Made by a program: the position numbers and the translations under genes
The notes under the pieces: generated by a model
The model's input: the letters and a program-made list of their open reading frames with translations, nothing else
The model's database searches: none
What the model was told of the DNA's origin: nothing
Part shown: positions 12,597-24,810 of the stretch, in pieces
Layout: each line of letters begins with the position of its first letter
Position numbering within the stretch: position 1 is the stretch's first letter
NCBI GenBank assembly: GCA_951406725.2
Contig: OX597821.1
Coordinates: 57,784,001-57,848,000 of the forward strand
Direction: 5' to 3'
Length of the DNA: 64,000 nt
DNA from: Octopus vulgaris
Lineage: Eukaryota

Positions 12597-13130
12597 GGCG
12601 GCGAGCTGGCAGAAACGTTAGCACGCCGGGCGAAATGCTTAGCCGTATTTCGTCTGCCGTTACGTTCTGAGTTCAAATTCCGCCGAGGTCGACTTTGCCT
12701 TTCATCCTTTCGGGGTCGATTAAATAAGTACGAGTTACGCATTGGGGTCGATATAATCGACTTAGTACGTTTGTTTGTCCCCTCTGTGTTTAGCCCCTTG
12801 TGGGTAGTAAAGAAATTGGTATTTCGTCTGTCGCTACGTTCTGAGTTCAAATTCCGCCGAGGTCGACTCTGCCTTTCATCCTTTCGGGGATCGATACATA
12901 AAGTACCACTTGCTAAGTTGGTCGATCCAATCAACTAGCCCCTTCTCTAAAAATTTCGGGCCTTGCACCTAGAGTAGAAAAAGAGTATTCATGATATAAT
13001 TTTAGAGAAAGGCGGCCAGCTGGCGTAATCGTTAGTACGCAGACAAAATGCATTAGCGGGATTTCGTCCGTCCTTACGTTCTCATATCAAATTCCGCCGG
13101 GGTCGATGCAATCGACTTACCCCACCACCC
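12597..13130 (+). mobile_element. Cluster of family A SINE units
   Basis: Full copy 12597-12815 followed by partial copies; inverted relative to the 11450-12015 cluster. Confidence 0.85.
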
Positions 13131-14185
13131 GAATTTGAAACAAATGCATTTATTACACGCCTATTTGTTATCAAGCTTACTATTCCGTAAAAAGAAGGAC
13201 GCGATCAAATTTTTTTAATGGAAGCGTGGCAAGTAGCAAAACTTGATTCCAAGTCGAGGCTTGCTGTAGAAGTTCCTCTGGCCAACCAGTGTAGTATATG
13301 TTTACAGTTAATGGAATGGGATAAAGAGGGTGGAAGGTAATGTAGGCAGGATGAGAGAGGTAGTAGAGTCACTGGTTGGTTGGAGGAGAATACGGGCGGT
13401 GACTGGCCACTGCTAACCCACGAACGGAAGGATATTACAGACCAGGAACGAGACATACTATACTCGTTGGTCACCGTCTGATAACGTCAATTCCTTCTAG
13501 TCAAAGCTACATTCACTAAATATGAAATTGTGTGGCAAGAAGTTTGCTTTCCAGCCACATGGTTCAGGATTCAATCCCACTGCTGGCACCTTGATCAATT
13601 GTCTACTATAGTCTCGGACGTTCAAAGCCTTGTGAGTAGATTTGGCTTACGGAAACTGAAAAACCGTCATATATGTGTGTGTCTTGGTGGGGGGGAAATC
13701 AATTAGACCGACCTCAGTATGCAACTGGTACTTAATTTATCGACCCCGAAGGGATGAAAGGCAAAGTCGACCTCGGCGGAATTTGAACTCGGAACGTAAA
13801 GATAGACGAAAAACCGCTAAGCATTTCGCCCGGAGTGCTAGCGTTTCTGCCAGCTCGCCGCCTTAGTAATCGCTATATTATCGATAGATAAGGCAGAAAG
13901 ATGAGACAACATGTCTGTGAACCTGACGTTGTTGGGACATTAAAATAAGTTATTTATTATTAATAACGCTAAAGGCAGCCAGAATGCAGAATCGTTAGCA
14001 CAGGGGTGGCGTGGGGAGAAATACTTCACTGCATTTCGTCCGGTTTTACGCTCTGAGTTCAAATTCCACCGACATCGTCTATACCTTTTATCCTTTCGGC
14101 GTAGATAAAATAAAGTACTTGTCAAGTACTTGTTTTTATGTATCCGATTTGCCAGTCCCCTAAACTTGTTGTCCTTATGGCAAAA

Positions 14186-14293
14186 TATGAAACTTGTTAT
14201 AGTTTTTAACCAATCACTAATTATGAAACTTGTTATAGTTTTTAACCAATCACTAATTATGAAACCTGTTATAGTTTTTAATCAATCACTAAT
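14186..14293. repeat. 36-bp tandem repeat x3
   Basis: TATGAAACTTGTTATAGTTTTTAACCAATCACTAAT repeated three times head-to-tail with two substitutions. Confidence 0.95.
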
Positions 14294-14400
14294 TAACAAC
14301 TAACAGTAAAATTATTAACGAGAAATATATCAAATTGGCGGTCGATGATTCCAATGAAATAGAAAGAAATTCCTTAGAATCAAGCGAAAAATACCATGAA

Positions 14401-14574
14401 CGAGAGGGTGCTGAAAAGTTCCTGGCTTTCGTTAAAAGAAAATATTGGAGGATCAGTTAATTATGCGGTGGTCCTTCAGTTTTTCTAAGCCCTGTAAAAG
14501 AACTCGGGAGATTGGGTATCCAACCAAGGGTTTCGCGATATCTTTAAGCCAGGAAATTTTCAGCAAACCCCACG
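14401..14574. mobile_element. Mariner-type MITE
   Basis: Imperfect TIRs CGAGAGGGTGCTGAAAAGTTCCTGGCTT / AAGCCAGGAAATTTTCAGCAAACCCCACG with TA on the right flank; 174 bp, no ORF. Confidence 0.7.
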
Positions 14575-15844
14575 TACTTTTTGGTGCATCGTTGAAAGTG
14601 TACTTTTCTATTATCGACAGTTAATTGTTATATTTACTAAAAAATTAGTAAATAAACTACTCCATTCGATAGACAGGTGAAATAACTGATGGACGAACTT
14701 TCAGAAACGCCATCACTACTTCACGGAGAATGAAAAGAGCTAGGAATTGTTTATTTTCTGCCATAAAAGATTTTTATCTTTTTTTGTGTCCGAGTGGCTG
14801 TGGTTAGGTGCTTGCTTCCCAGCCACATGGTTCCAGGTTCAGTACCGCTGTGTGGCACCTTGGGCAAGTGTTTTCTACTATAGCCTCGAGCTGATCAAAG
14901 CCTTGTGAGTGGATTTGGTAAACGGAAACTGAAAGAAGCCTTTCGTATATACATATGTGTGTGAGTGTGTGTGTGTGTGCGTTTGTCCCCCATCACCTGC
15001 TTTTCTACGTATTACGCTTTTACTTCCGAGTGGTGAAGAATATATCGCCTTATTTAAAAAGTCAAACTTCGATGCTAAGATAACATTTAGCTTTACACGA
15101 TAGACGCGTAAAACTGAAAGGAAAATATCAAATATAAAGATAAAGAGTTAAAAATAGGATATAAGTTGAAAACACAAGTAGCAAAAACACCAAAGGCAAG
15201 ACAGTGTATAGTAGAAATGAAAAGCTTCGAAATATAAACAAAAGAAAAATACACGAATAAGAAATGTGTTCTTGACAAATGAAAATCTAAATCACAACAA
15301 AAAGAAACCAACGAATCATAGCATAACTATAGAATAGTCAGAGATAATACGAACAGTGACAAACCGCAAAAATAGGGAAGCATAATATCAACAAGAATAT
15401 AAGAATAAATGTACAGCTGTGTATGAAGCATAAATAATGGGAAAAATAATAAAACAATTAAAGATAATAGATTTATCTCTTACCAAAAGGAATAAATACT
15501 TTTGCAAAGATGAAACAGAATGAAAATAACAAGAATGAATCTAGCGAATGCTATGGGATATTATCGACATTCTGGAAACAAGATACAGCAAGTGACGGCT
15601 GCAACAGTTGTCATAGTCACCGAGGAATGTAAATATAGCCGCAGTATTAATTCAGGAACAAAAGCAATCCATTTATACAGGATTTCGAAGAAAAATCAGA
15701 TATTCAAATAAATAGAAACGTAAACATCTCTAATGCTTGATAAAAATGAAACTTTACTAACGAAGTTATTACTAATGAAAGAGTTGCACTACAATTCGTT
15801 GAGAAATACAAAATAACACAGACACACACATGCACATGCACACA

Positions 15845-15879
<35 letters not shown>

Positions 15880-16036
15880 GTCTTTGAAGTTAAATAACTC
15901 GCTGACTTTTTCGAAGGCAAAAAGAAAATCATTTAACAAGAACTAACGTTTACAGACGAGTGTCTTCTGTTATAGCCTCGGACCGACCAATGCTTTGTGA
16001 GTGGATTTGGTAGACGGAAACTGAGAGAAGCACGTC

Positions 16037-16090
<54 letters not shown>

Positions 16091-16266
16091 GGTTTAGCAA
16101 CGAATTGCCTTACCACAGACCGAATTTAGAAATAGCAGTCAAAGAGTTATAGCTATTTCTTCTACTAAAAAGGGAGATCTCAGTAAAAAACACAGCAATT
16201 GGAAGGCAGACACAAACAGGTAAGAGAGAATGAATTGACGGCAATCTATCATACAATTTTAAGTTA

Positions 16267-16366
16267 TCTACGGACGCACGTTTCGAAATCAAGTTTTTAG
16301 GAAAGCATAAGAATTAAATATTAAATAATTCTACCTTACCCAAACTTCTTTTCTCTTCAGCGTAGA
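16267..16366 (-). ncRNA. Type I hammerhead ribozyme with extended stem II (copy 1)
   Basis: Reverse complement of 17637-17736, core intact. Confidence 0.85.
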
Positions 16367-16862
16367 ATACTATAATCATAAATGATTATATATTGAATTT
16401 TGAGATACTAGAAGGCACCAACTCAACTCAGTATCAGAGCGAGCTAGAATCCGCAACTAGTATCACCAAATTCAAAGTGTGAATGAAAAGATTGTGTCAC
16501 CAGCCCCTTCCCACCCGCGTGTAGCCAAAACAAGATGCTGTGGTCATCCACTGAGATAAAATATGGTTATCCGTAATAATGAAGGGTGAAATTAATTAAT
16601 TTGGAATAATTATCAATTACACCGAGTAGTCTTCGGCATGTAAAAGCCTCGTTCGAGGAAAATTTAAGTAATACTAAGCAATAAAGGGTTTAGCAACGAA
16701 TTGCCTTACCACAGACCGAATTTAGAAATAGCAGTCAAAGAGTTATAGCTATTTCTTCTACTAAAAAGGGAGATCTCAGTAAAAAACACAGCAATTGGAA
16801 GGCAGACACAAACAGGTAAGAGAGAATGAATTGACGGCAATCTATCATACAATTTTAAGTTA

Positions 16863-16962
16863 TCTACGGACGCACGTATCGAAATCAAGTTTTTAGGAAA
16901 GCATAAGAATTAAATATTAAATAATTCTACCTTACCCAAACTTCTTTTCTCTTCAGCGTAGA
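16863..16962 (-). ncRNA. Type I hammerhead ribozyme (copy 2, GAAA core mutated to GAUA)
   Basis: Same as copy 1, but the plus strand reads CACGTATCG instead of CACGTTTCG. Confidence 0.75.
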
Positions 16963-17636
16963 ATACTATAATCATAAATGATTATATATTGAATTTTGAG
17001 ATACTAGAAGGCACCAACTCAACTCAGTATCAGAGCGAGCTAGAATCCGCAACTAGTATCACCGAATTCAAAGTGTGAATGAAAAGCTTGTGTCACCAGC
17101 CCCTTCCCACCCGCGTGTAGCCAAAACAAGATGCTGTGGTCATCCACTGAGATAAAATATGGTTATCGTCAATTCATTCTCTCTTACCTGTTTGTGTTTG
17201 CCTTCCAATTGCTGTGTTTTTTACTGAGATCTCACTTTTTAGTAGAAGAAATAGCTATAACTCTTTGACTGCTATTTCTAAATTCGGTCTGTGGTAAGGC
17301 AATTCGTTGCTAAACCCTTTATTGCTTAGTATTACTTAAATTTTCCTCGAACGAGGCTTTTACATGCCGAAGACTACTCGGTGTAATTGATAATTATTCC
17401 AAATTAATTAATTTCACCCTTCATTATTACGGATAACCATATTTTATCTCAGTGGATGACCACAGCATCTTGTTTTGGCTACACGCGGGTGGGAAGGGGC
17501 TGGTGACACAATCTTTTCATTCACACTTTGAATTTGGTGATACTAGTTGCGGATTCTAGCTCGCTCTGATACTGAGTTGAGTTGGTGCCTTCTAGTATCT
17601 CAAAATTCAATATATAATCATTTATGATTATAGTAT

Positions 17637-17736
17637 TCTACGCTGAAGAGAAAAGAAGTTTGGGTAAGGTAGAATTATTTAATATTTAATTCTTATGCTT
17701 TCCTAAAAACTTGATTTCGAAACGTGCGTCCGTAGA
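17637..17736 (+). ncRNA. Type I hammerhead ribozyme with extended stem II (copy 3)
   Basis: TCTACG-CTGAAGA-[GAAA AG AAGTTT...AGAATTA TTTAATATT TAATTCT...AAACTT GA TTTC]-GAAA-C(GTGC)G-TC-CGTAGA: 6-bp stem I, intact cores, 69-nt stem II, GUC cleavage triplet. Confidence 0.88.
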
Positions 17737-17929
17737 TAACTTAAAATTGTGTGATAGATTGCCGTCAATTCATTCTCTCTTACCTGTTTGTGTCTGCCTT
17801 CCAATTGCTGTGTTTTTTACTGAGATCTCCTTTTTAGTAGAAGAAATAGCTATAACTCTTTGACTGCTATTTCTAAATTCGGTCTGTGGTAAGGCAATTC
17901 GTTGCTAAACCCTTTATTGCTTAGTATTA

Positions 17930-17989
<60 letters not shown>

Positions 17990-18630
17990 CATATGTTTGT
18001 GTGTCTGTGTTTGTTCCCCCAACATCGTTTGACAACCGTAACTTAGTGGTTCAGCAGGCAAAAAAGACCGATAGAATAAGTACTAGGCTTACAAAGAATA
18101 AGTCCTGGGGTCGATTTGCTCGACTAAAGGCGGTGCTCCAGCATGGCTACTGTCAGATGACTGAAACAAGTAAAAGAGTAAAAGAGAGCGAGACAAGAGA
18201 TGAGGAACTTCTGAAGTCACATGTGGATGGTTGATGAAACAATGGTCGTCCTCAGAAGAGAAATTCCCTTAAATGTGACCTTGCGGTTTTAAATTTGTAT
18301 GATCTTGAATAAGCTATGACTTTTAAAATGTTAACCATCACTTCGTATATGCTTTCGATCATAGATTACTAGGAATAGACAACAACGTGAACAAGGCGGC
18401 TTTCAAACTGAATGTATGTGAAAAAAATAAAAGAAGAGACTTCAGAAGACATCACCGCCCCAAAACATAGCCCAAGTATTTCAAAAATTATGGTAGAGGG
18501 CCAATTTCTAAGAATTGATAGCTTCAGGCATCTGGCAAAAATATTTTACAAGTCCTTTTGATAGAATTTCCTGTCCATCGGCTCTTGTGCTCGGCTGCAC
18601 GAATAAGATGACATAATAATAATAATAATG

Positions 18631-18699
<69 letters not shown>

Positions 18700-20565
18700 G
18701 ACTATAAAAAGGCTTTTGATAGCCTACCACATAGCTGGATTAATAAATGCCTAGAAATGTATAAGATAGCACCTGCTCTGCGAAACTTTTTGTCTGTAAG
18801 TATGAGATCATGGAGAACCACACTAACTTTGAACAGTGACAATGAATCTCTAAATGCTGGTGATGTAAAAATTTCATGTGGCATTTTCCAGGGTGACTCA
18901 CTATCACCGCTCCTCTTCTGTTTAGCCTTTATACCTCTCTCAAAACTGCTCAATGATGCGCAGTACGGATATAAAATGTTTGATAAAAATATAAATCATC
19001 TCATTTACATGGATGATTTAAAGCTCTTTGCAAAAAATGACCAACAACTCAAGGGCTTACTAGCGATTGTCAAACAATTCAGTGATGACATCAGAATGCA
19101 ATTTGGCCTCGATAAATGCGCAAAAGCTACCTTTATCAAAGGAAAAATGACAGAAACATCTAACGTTAACCATGACCAGCAGAATGTCATAAAAGAATTA
19201 GACCCAGCAGAGAACTACAAATATCTAGGGGTAATTGAAGGAGAAGGAATAAGGCATTCAGAGATGAAGGAAAGGATCAGGAGAGAATGCTATCGCAGAG
19301 TAAGAGCAATACTCAAGACAGAGCTGAATGCGAGAAACAGGATCGAAGCGATCAATGCATTAGCCATACCAGTCGTGACTTACAGTTTCAGTATCGTTAA
19401 CTGGTCAATTACTGAAATATGTAATCTTGACAGAAAAATACGAAAACTGTTGACAATGCATAGAATGCACCACCCTAAGGCAGATACAGAACGACTTTAT
19501 CTGCCAAGAAAAGAGGGAGGCCGTGGACTTTTACAACTGGCAATAACAATGAAGATTGCTACAATTGGCCTAGACACCTACCTGAAAAACTCTGAGGACT
19601 GGATGTTAAAACTTGTCTCAAAACATGAAAACAAGAAAGCATCATACTCAGTAACAAAACAGGCAAAGGAATATCTAAGTGAATTCCGAATACAACAAAT
19701 TTCGGAATTAGAGATAGACATACAAGAAACAGGCACATAAAAAGCTAAGCGCATGAAAACCCGTGCTAAATCTGCGGCCTTAGATATTCTGAATGATAAA
19801 TGGAAAGAAAAACCTCTCTATGGCAAATACCCAAAGAGAGCAAATAATGCAGATGTTGACAAAGCCCTGACCCATCAATGGCTAATGGCCTCTGGCTTAA
19901 AATCTGAAACAGAGGGGTTTATCATAGCAGCTCAAGATCAATGCCTACCAACAAGAAACTACCAGGCCAACATATTAAAGATCAGAAGCAGTCCAACGTG
20001 TCGTGTATGCAAGCAACAAAATGAAACCATTGACCATGTGGTCTCCAAGTGCAGTCTTCTAGCGCCTACAGAGTATCTCAACAGGCACGATAGAGCTGCA
20101 CAATATATTCACTGGGTAATCTGTAAAAACCTGGATTTGCCCCATGAAAAAAACTGGTGGGAACACAAACCACCCCCAGTGCTTGAAAATGACCACATCT
20201 CACTCCTCTGGAACTTCGCCATTCAAACTGACAGAAAGATAGATGCAAATAGGCCAGACATCATATTGAAAGACTTCAAACAAAGAACATGCCTCCTCAT
20301 TGATATGACTGTCCCAATCGATATAAACGTATCTGTCAAGACCTACCAAAAACTGAGCAAATATAAAGATCTTGAAATAGAAATCAGTAAAATGTGGAAG
20401 CTGAAGACTAAAACAATACCTGTTGTCATAGGTGCCCTGGGAATGATAGCAAAAGGGGCAGATAGCTACCTAACTCAGATACCAGGAAACCCAAAAATGG
20501 CAGAAATTCAAAAGATAGTGCTCATGGGAACTGCTCATATCCTACGCAAAATACTTTCTATGTAA
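18700..20565 (+). pseudogene. RT-RLE ORF interrupted by a single in-frame TAA at 19738-19740
   Basis: ORF-track segments 18628-19740 and 19753-20565 share a frame; the poly-Ile N-terminus comes from the microsatellite. Confidence 0.92.
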
Positions 20566-20775
20566 TCTCAAGGTTTAAAACAAACATAATTTTCGGTTTA
20601 AAAAAAAAAAAAAAAAATTTTTTTAGACATTCATTAGTACAACACCCCCACCCCCCAAATATATGGCACACTAGGCAAACAACAACATGAACTTCCAACC
20701 CTGTTGTCTCTTGAGGTCTCTGGGTGAGACTTGGAGCCAACTTGTACAAATATAAAGCAAAAGTCAAACATAGAA
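18700..20775 (+). mobile_element. 5'-truncated R4/Dong-like non-LTR retrotransposon (RT + CCHC + restriction-like endonuclease) in a (TAA)n tract
   Basis: DYKKAFD, GIFQGDSLSPLLF, YMDD, YKYLG, GGRGL, CRVC-x7-H-x4-C, RHD, RPDIIL, LIDMTVP, KLSKY; (TAA)n at 18613-18699 and again after the 3' UTR (~20774-20788). Confidence 0.95.
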
Positions 20776-20807
20776 TAATAATAATAATATAAGCATTCAA
20801 AAATACC

Positions 20808-20842
<35 letters not shown>

Positions 20843-20853
20843 GCACTCCTTCC

Positions 20854-20947
<94 letters not shown>

Positions 20948-21841
20948 TTATTTATATCTGTTTCTCTAATACACCAATGAGTACATGAGTACACCCTCTT
21001 CAATAGCGTTTTATTCAAAGGAATATGAATACTTCATTTAATCCGTGGGTAAATTTGTGTGCGTGTGTCTTATTAAGATGTAAATTATACATTCTGTTAA
21101 ATGATACAACAAAAATAAATGTCTGCCCCTACTATCCATAATCTCATTCCTGTCTTTGAAAATTAATTAATAAATAGTACTAACGAAACGGCAGTGTTAC
21201 ACTAATTTCTTTTTGGAAGCAATTAGCACTTTATTCGATTATAAAACGTCTTCAAAGAATCCTAAAATTATTTTGAAGATGCAGAAGAATGTTAATCGCT
21301 TAGGCATTTTTTAAATATCATTATTTATATTACATTTTTTATTAAATAAATTATCTGGTATAGAACGTAATGAAATAATCAGAGGTAATTTTGTAAGAAT
21401 TCGCTGACATGAAAGGTGGGGCGAATTCAATGCAAGCTAATTTAATATACGAGTGTTGAGTAATTGGTGCATTAAAATCCTAGGAAATAGATATCTTTCC
21501 TGAATATGCGTGCTCTAGTAGTTATTGTCTTCGATCAGGATCATTACGTCTTGAGTTCAAGTCCTAGATCTGGTAGCGTCTTGTGCCTTTGATCAAGAAA
21601 TTCCATTACAAAATGTTCCATTCTATGCAGTTTGTGTGAATGCCCAGTGCTGGTGAGAGTTTTCTTTATTCTGTGGATTTCATTATTTCGCGTTTCACTT
21701 GTGGAAGAAAATCTAAATGCTGTCGTAAGTCAGTGATGTTTTAGTACTGAATTTTGCAGTTATGTGGCCATTTGCAATCTCAGTGCAGATATATGTATTT
21801 ATTTGTGTCCTTCCGTGCATACTTACTTAATGTATCAACTG

Positions 21842-21921
<80 letters not shown>

Positions 21922-21929
21922 TATGTTCG

Positions 21930-22031
<102 letters not shown>

Positions 22032-22049
22032 TATTTATATATTGATTTT

Positions 22050-22254
22050 CAATATGTAACCGCGTGTGTATCGTTGGCGTTTTTCGTTCTCCGGCTTCCC
22101 TTCCTTGGACCGTTTCTTTTTGTATGTTTCTGACGAAGAGCTCCGCTCGAAACGTTAAATCCTCCTTGTTTCTTTTCTTTCCTGAGCGTCCAATAACACT
22201 ATACTATTTCCACGTCCTCACGTTGCTGTGTTTTTTCTTTGTTCATGTTTCGAT

Positions 22255-22260
<6 letters not shown>
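22050..22260 (+). mobile_element. Short (TA)n-embedded Penelope-type terminal fragment with minimal hammerhead
   Basis: TTT-CTGACGA-AGAGC(TCC)GCTC-GAAA-CG-TTA-AA at ~22127-22159; the downstream part (CCTGAGCGTCCAATAACACTATAC..CCACGTCCTC) recurs at 53540-53645; a degenerate core recurs at ~25345-25375. Confidence 0.65.
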
Positions 22261-22327
<67 letters not shown>

Positions 22328-23171
22328 CTGGGCTTGAGATTTAGCATATTTTTTTGAGGTAATGGCAGCTCTAGTGTACGTGGTTGTCATATTTACTTTC
22401 TACATATAGTAATATGTAGGTTCTGCTTGTGTTTACATAATGAGTATTGACCAGATATTTACGCAAATGTTGATGACGTAACAATTTTAGATGGAATTAT
22501 GGAATTTGATATAATATATTTTAATAAACTTCAGTATTGATAAAAGGCATAAACTCAACTATTTGATATGTGAAGCTGCCCACACCGTCACGTTTAATCT
22601 ATAGCGTTTCCCACCACTCAGAAATGTTTATCTACCTTTCTCTTTCTCTTTGTAGTATCTGTGTTTTCTTAGCAGCTATAACGCAATCAATGAACTATTA
22701 TACATCATATTTGCACGAGCACAAATATGTCGAATGTGTTTATTTATACATATATGGTAATAACGGCTTTCTAAGGAACTTTCTCATTCATGAAAACACA
22801 CACACACACATCTGAGTTTGTCGTCGGTTAGCCTATACGTCGTAACATAACTTCCTTTTGGAAATTCTCCCTGAACAAATACCCAATTGACTGGATTCAC
22901 ATATGAGAATTTGAATTTTATTTCTGTAATTGAATTAATTAGGTATGGAAACAGCTGTAGGCAGGAATTTCTTTACAATAATTGGAATGTCATTAAATAA
23001 AATCTGTACGTTAATTTTTTTCTGTTTTCTTCATTTTCTAATGAGTATGTGTGCGTGTGTATGTGTGTGCGTATGTGTGTGTTTGTGTGTGCGTGTGTAT
23101 TGTTGCTCTAGATAATAATAGAGTCAATGATATCTTCGCAAATTATTTTTTCGGGAATTTGCTCCGTATTG

Positions 23172-23204
<33 letters not shown>

Positions 23205-23236
23205 CCAAAATAAGCAACAAGGATATCCAGAGGTAA

Positions 23237-23328
23237 TGCAGTACGATCGTTTCATGCGACTCCATTTAATTGAACAATACAATCATTTCATTACATTAAT
23301 TTAAAATGTAGAGCAATCTTCAGCTGCA
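23237..23328 (-). ncRNA. Type I hammerhead ribozyme with extended stem II
   Basis: Minus strand: TGCAG-CTGAAGA-[63-nt imperfect hairpin TTGCTCTACATTT...AAATGGAGTCGCAT]-GAAA-C(GATC)G-TA-CTGCA; lies in a ~245-bp insert between (TA)n tracts at ~23172-23203 and ~23450-23480. Confidence 0.8.
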
Positions 23329-23879
23329 CAAAGACAGAATTTAATTAAATTAGAGGGTCACATTAGTATAATTTTACCCAAAATCTTCAAGAGGATAGGG
23401 AGATAGACAAAGAACATGTTTTACCAACAACATCATAGTTGTAACTCTGTATATATATAATATATATATATACATATATACATTATATGTATGTATGTAT
23501 GTATGTATGATAGGCTCTCCCGTCGATGACGACGAATGAGCGTTCACCTTTTTTCGAACAACCTACATAAATGATTTATTTTTATAGTGATCGAATGTTC
23601 GTGCCGCACATTAGCTCACTCTCTCCTCCAATCAAACTCTCTCTCCAATCGACGTCCTCTGAACAAGTCCACGGTGTACCACGCGTCAGGCGTCGAAGTG
23701 ATCGCCGAGCAATCTGCGAGGAAGTGTTTCGCTCAAGAACACAATGCTCTCAACATATTTGTGAATATACTTGCAGACAGCTAACAGAGTGTGTTTTAGT
23801 ATACACAAATACATGTATATACAAAGATAGAGATATTAAAGAACATACATTTGCATACATATATGTATATGCGTATCTG

Positions 23880-24072
<193 letters not shown>

Positions 24073-24184
24073 ATATTTGGTAGTGTAGTGTTCGGGTTAT
24101 TGCCAACGAAAATGAGGCTAAGCAGAAGAAATGAAGGAATCGTTCTTTGGTTTATTCAGATACAAGCACAGACAGTTTTCATTT

Positions 24185-24198
24185 ACATATACATACAT

Positions 24199-24236
<38 letters not shown>

Positions 24237-24476
24237 GGACAGACGGACAGACATAATACATACATAATACATATATACATACATACATATATACATATAT
24301 ACAAACGTATAGTCATACATACATACATACGTACGTACGTGCGTACATACGTACTATGTATGGATATGTGTGTGCATGTGTGTACACTGCAATAATGCAT
24401 CTATATGTACCTTGTGTAGGTATATGTATACGTATGCACGAATATATATATATACAAATACACATATATATGTATG

Positions 24477-24566
<90 letters not shown>

Positions 24567-24649
24567 TGTGTATATATATATATACATATATATAAATATA
24601 TGTATATATATATACAAATACATATATATATGTATATATATAAATACAT

Positions 24650-24716
<67 letters not shown>

Positions 24717-24742
24717 GATATATGTATATATATATACATATA

Positions 24743-24810
<68 letters not shown>
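24185..24810. repeat. Compound (GACA)n/(CATA)n/(TA)n microsatellite field
   Basis: Direct reading. Confidence 0.95.

Larger units (their letters stand above)
16085..17932. mobile_element. Non-coding hammerhead-containing tandem/inverted repeat element (596-bp monomer); retrozyme or Penelope pLTR-like
   Basis: Direct repeats with period 596 (16085-16680, 16681-17167), then an inverted arm 17168-17932; copies differ by only a few substitutions; (TA)n on both sides; one hammerhead per monomer; no meaningful ORF. Confidence 0.85.
15960..18186 (+). mobile_element. Family B SINE split by an insertion in its internal (TA)n
   Basis: 5' part 15960-16037 (..GTAGACGGAAACTGAGAGAAGCACGTCG) and 3' part ~17967-18186 (..GACTGAAACAAGTAAAAGAG) flank the 1.85-kb hammerhead element. 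Confidence 0.85.

Noticed and set aside
14186-14293. 36-bp repeats of CRISPR-like length
   Set aside because: Head-to-tail with no spacers, eukaryotic context, no cas genes
16110-16292. 60-aa ORF repeated in each 596-bp unit
   Set aside because: TTG start, no recognisable motif, overlaps the ribozyme, and I could not see it preserved in the diverged relative at 34453
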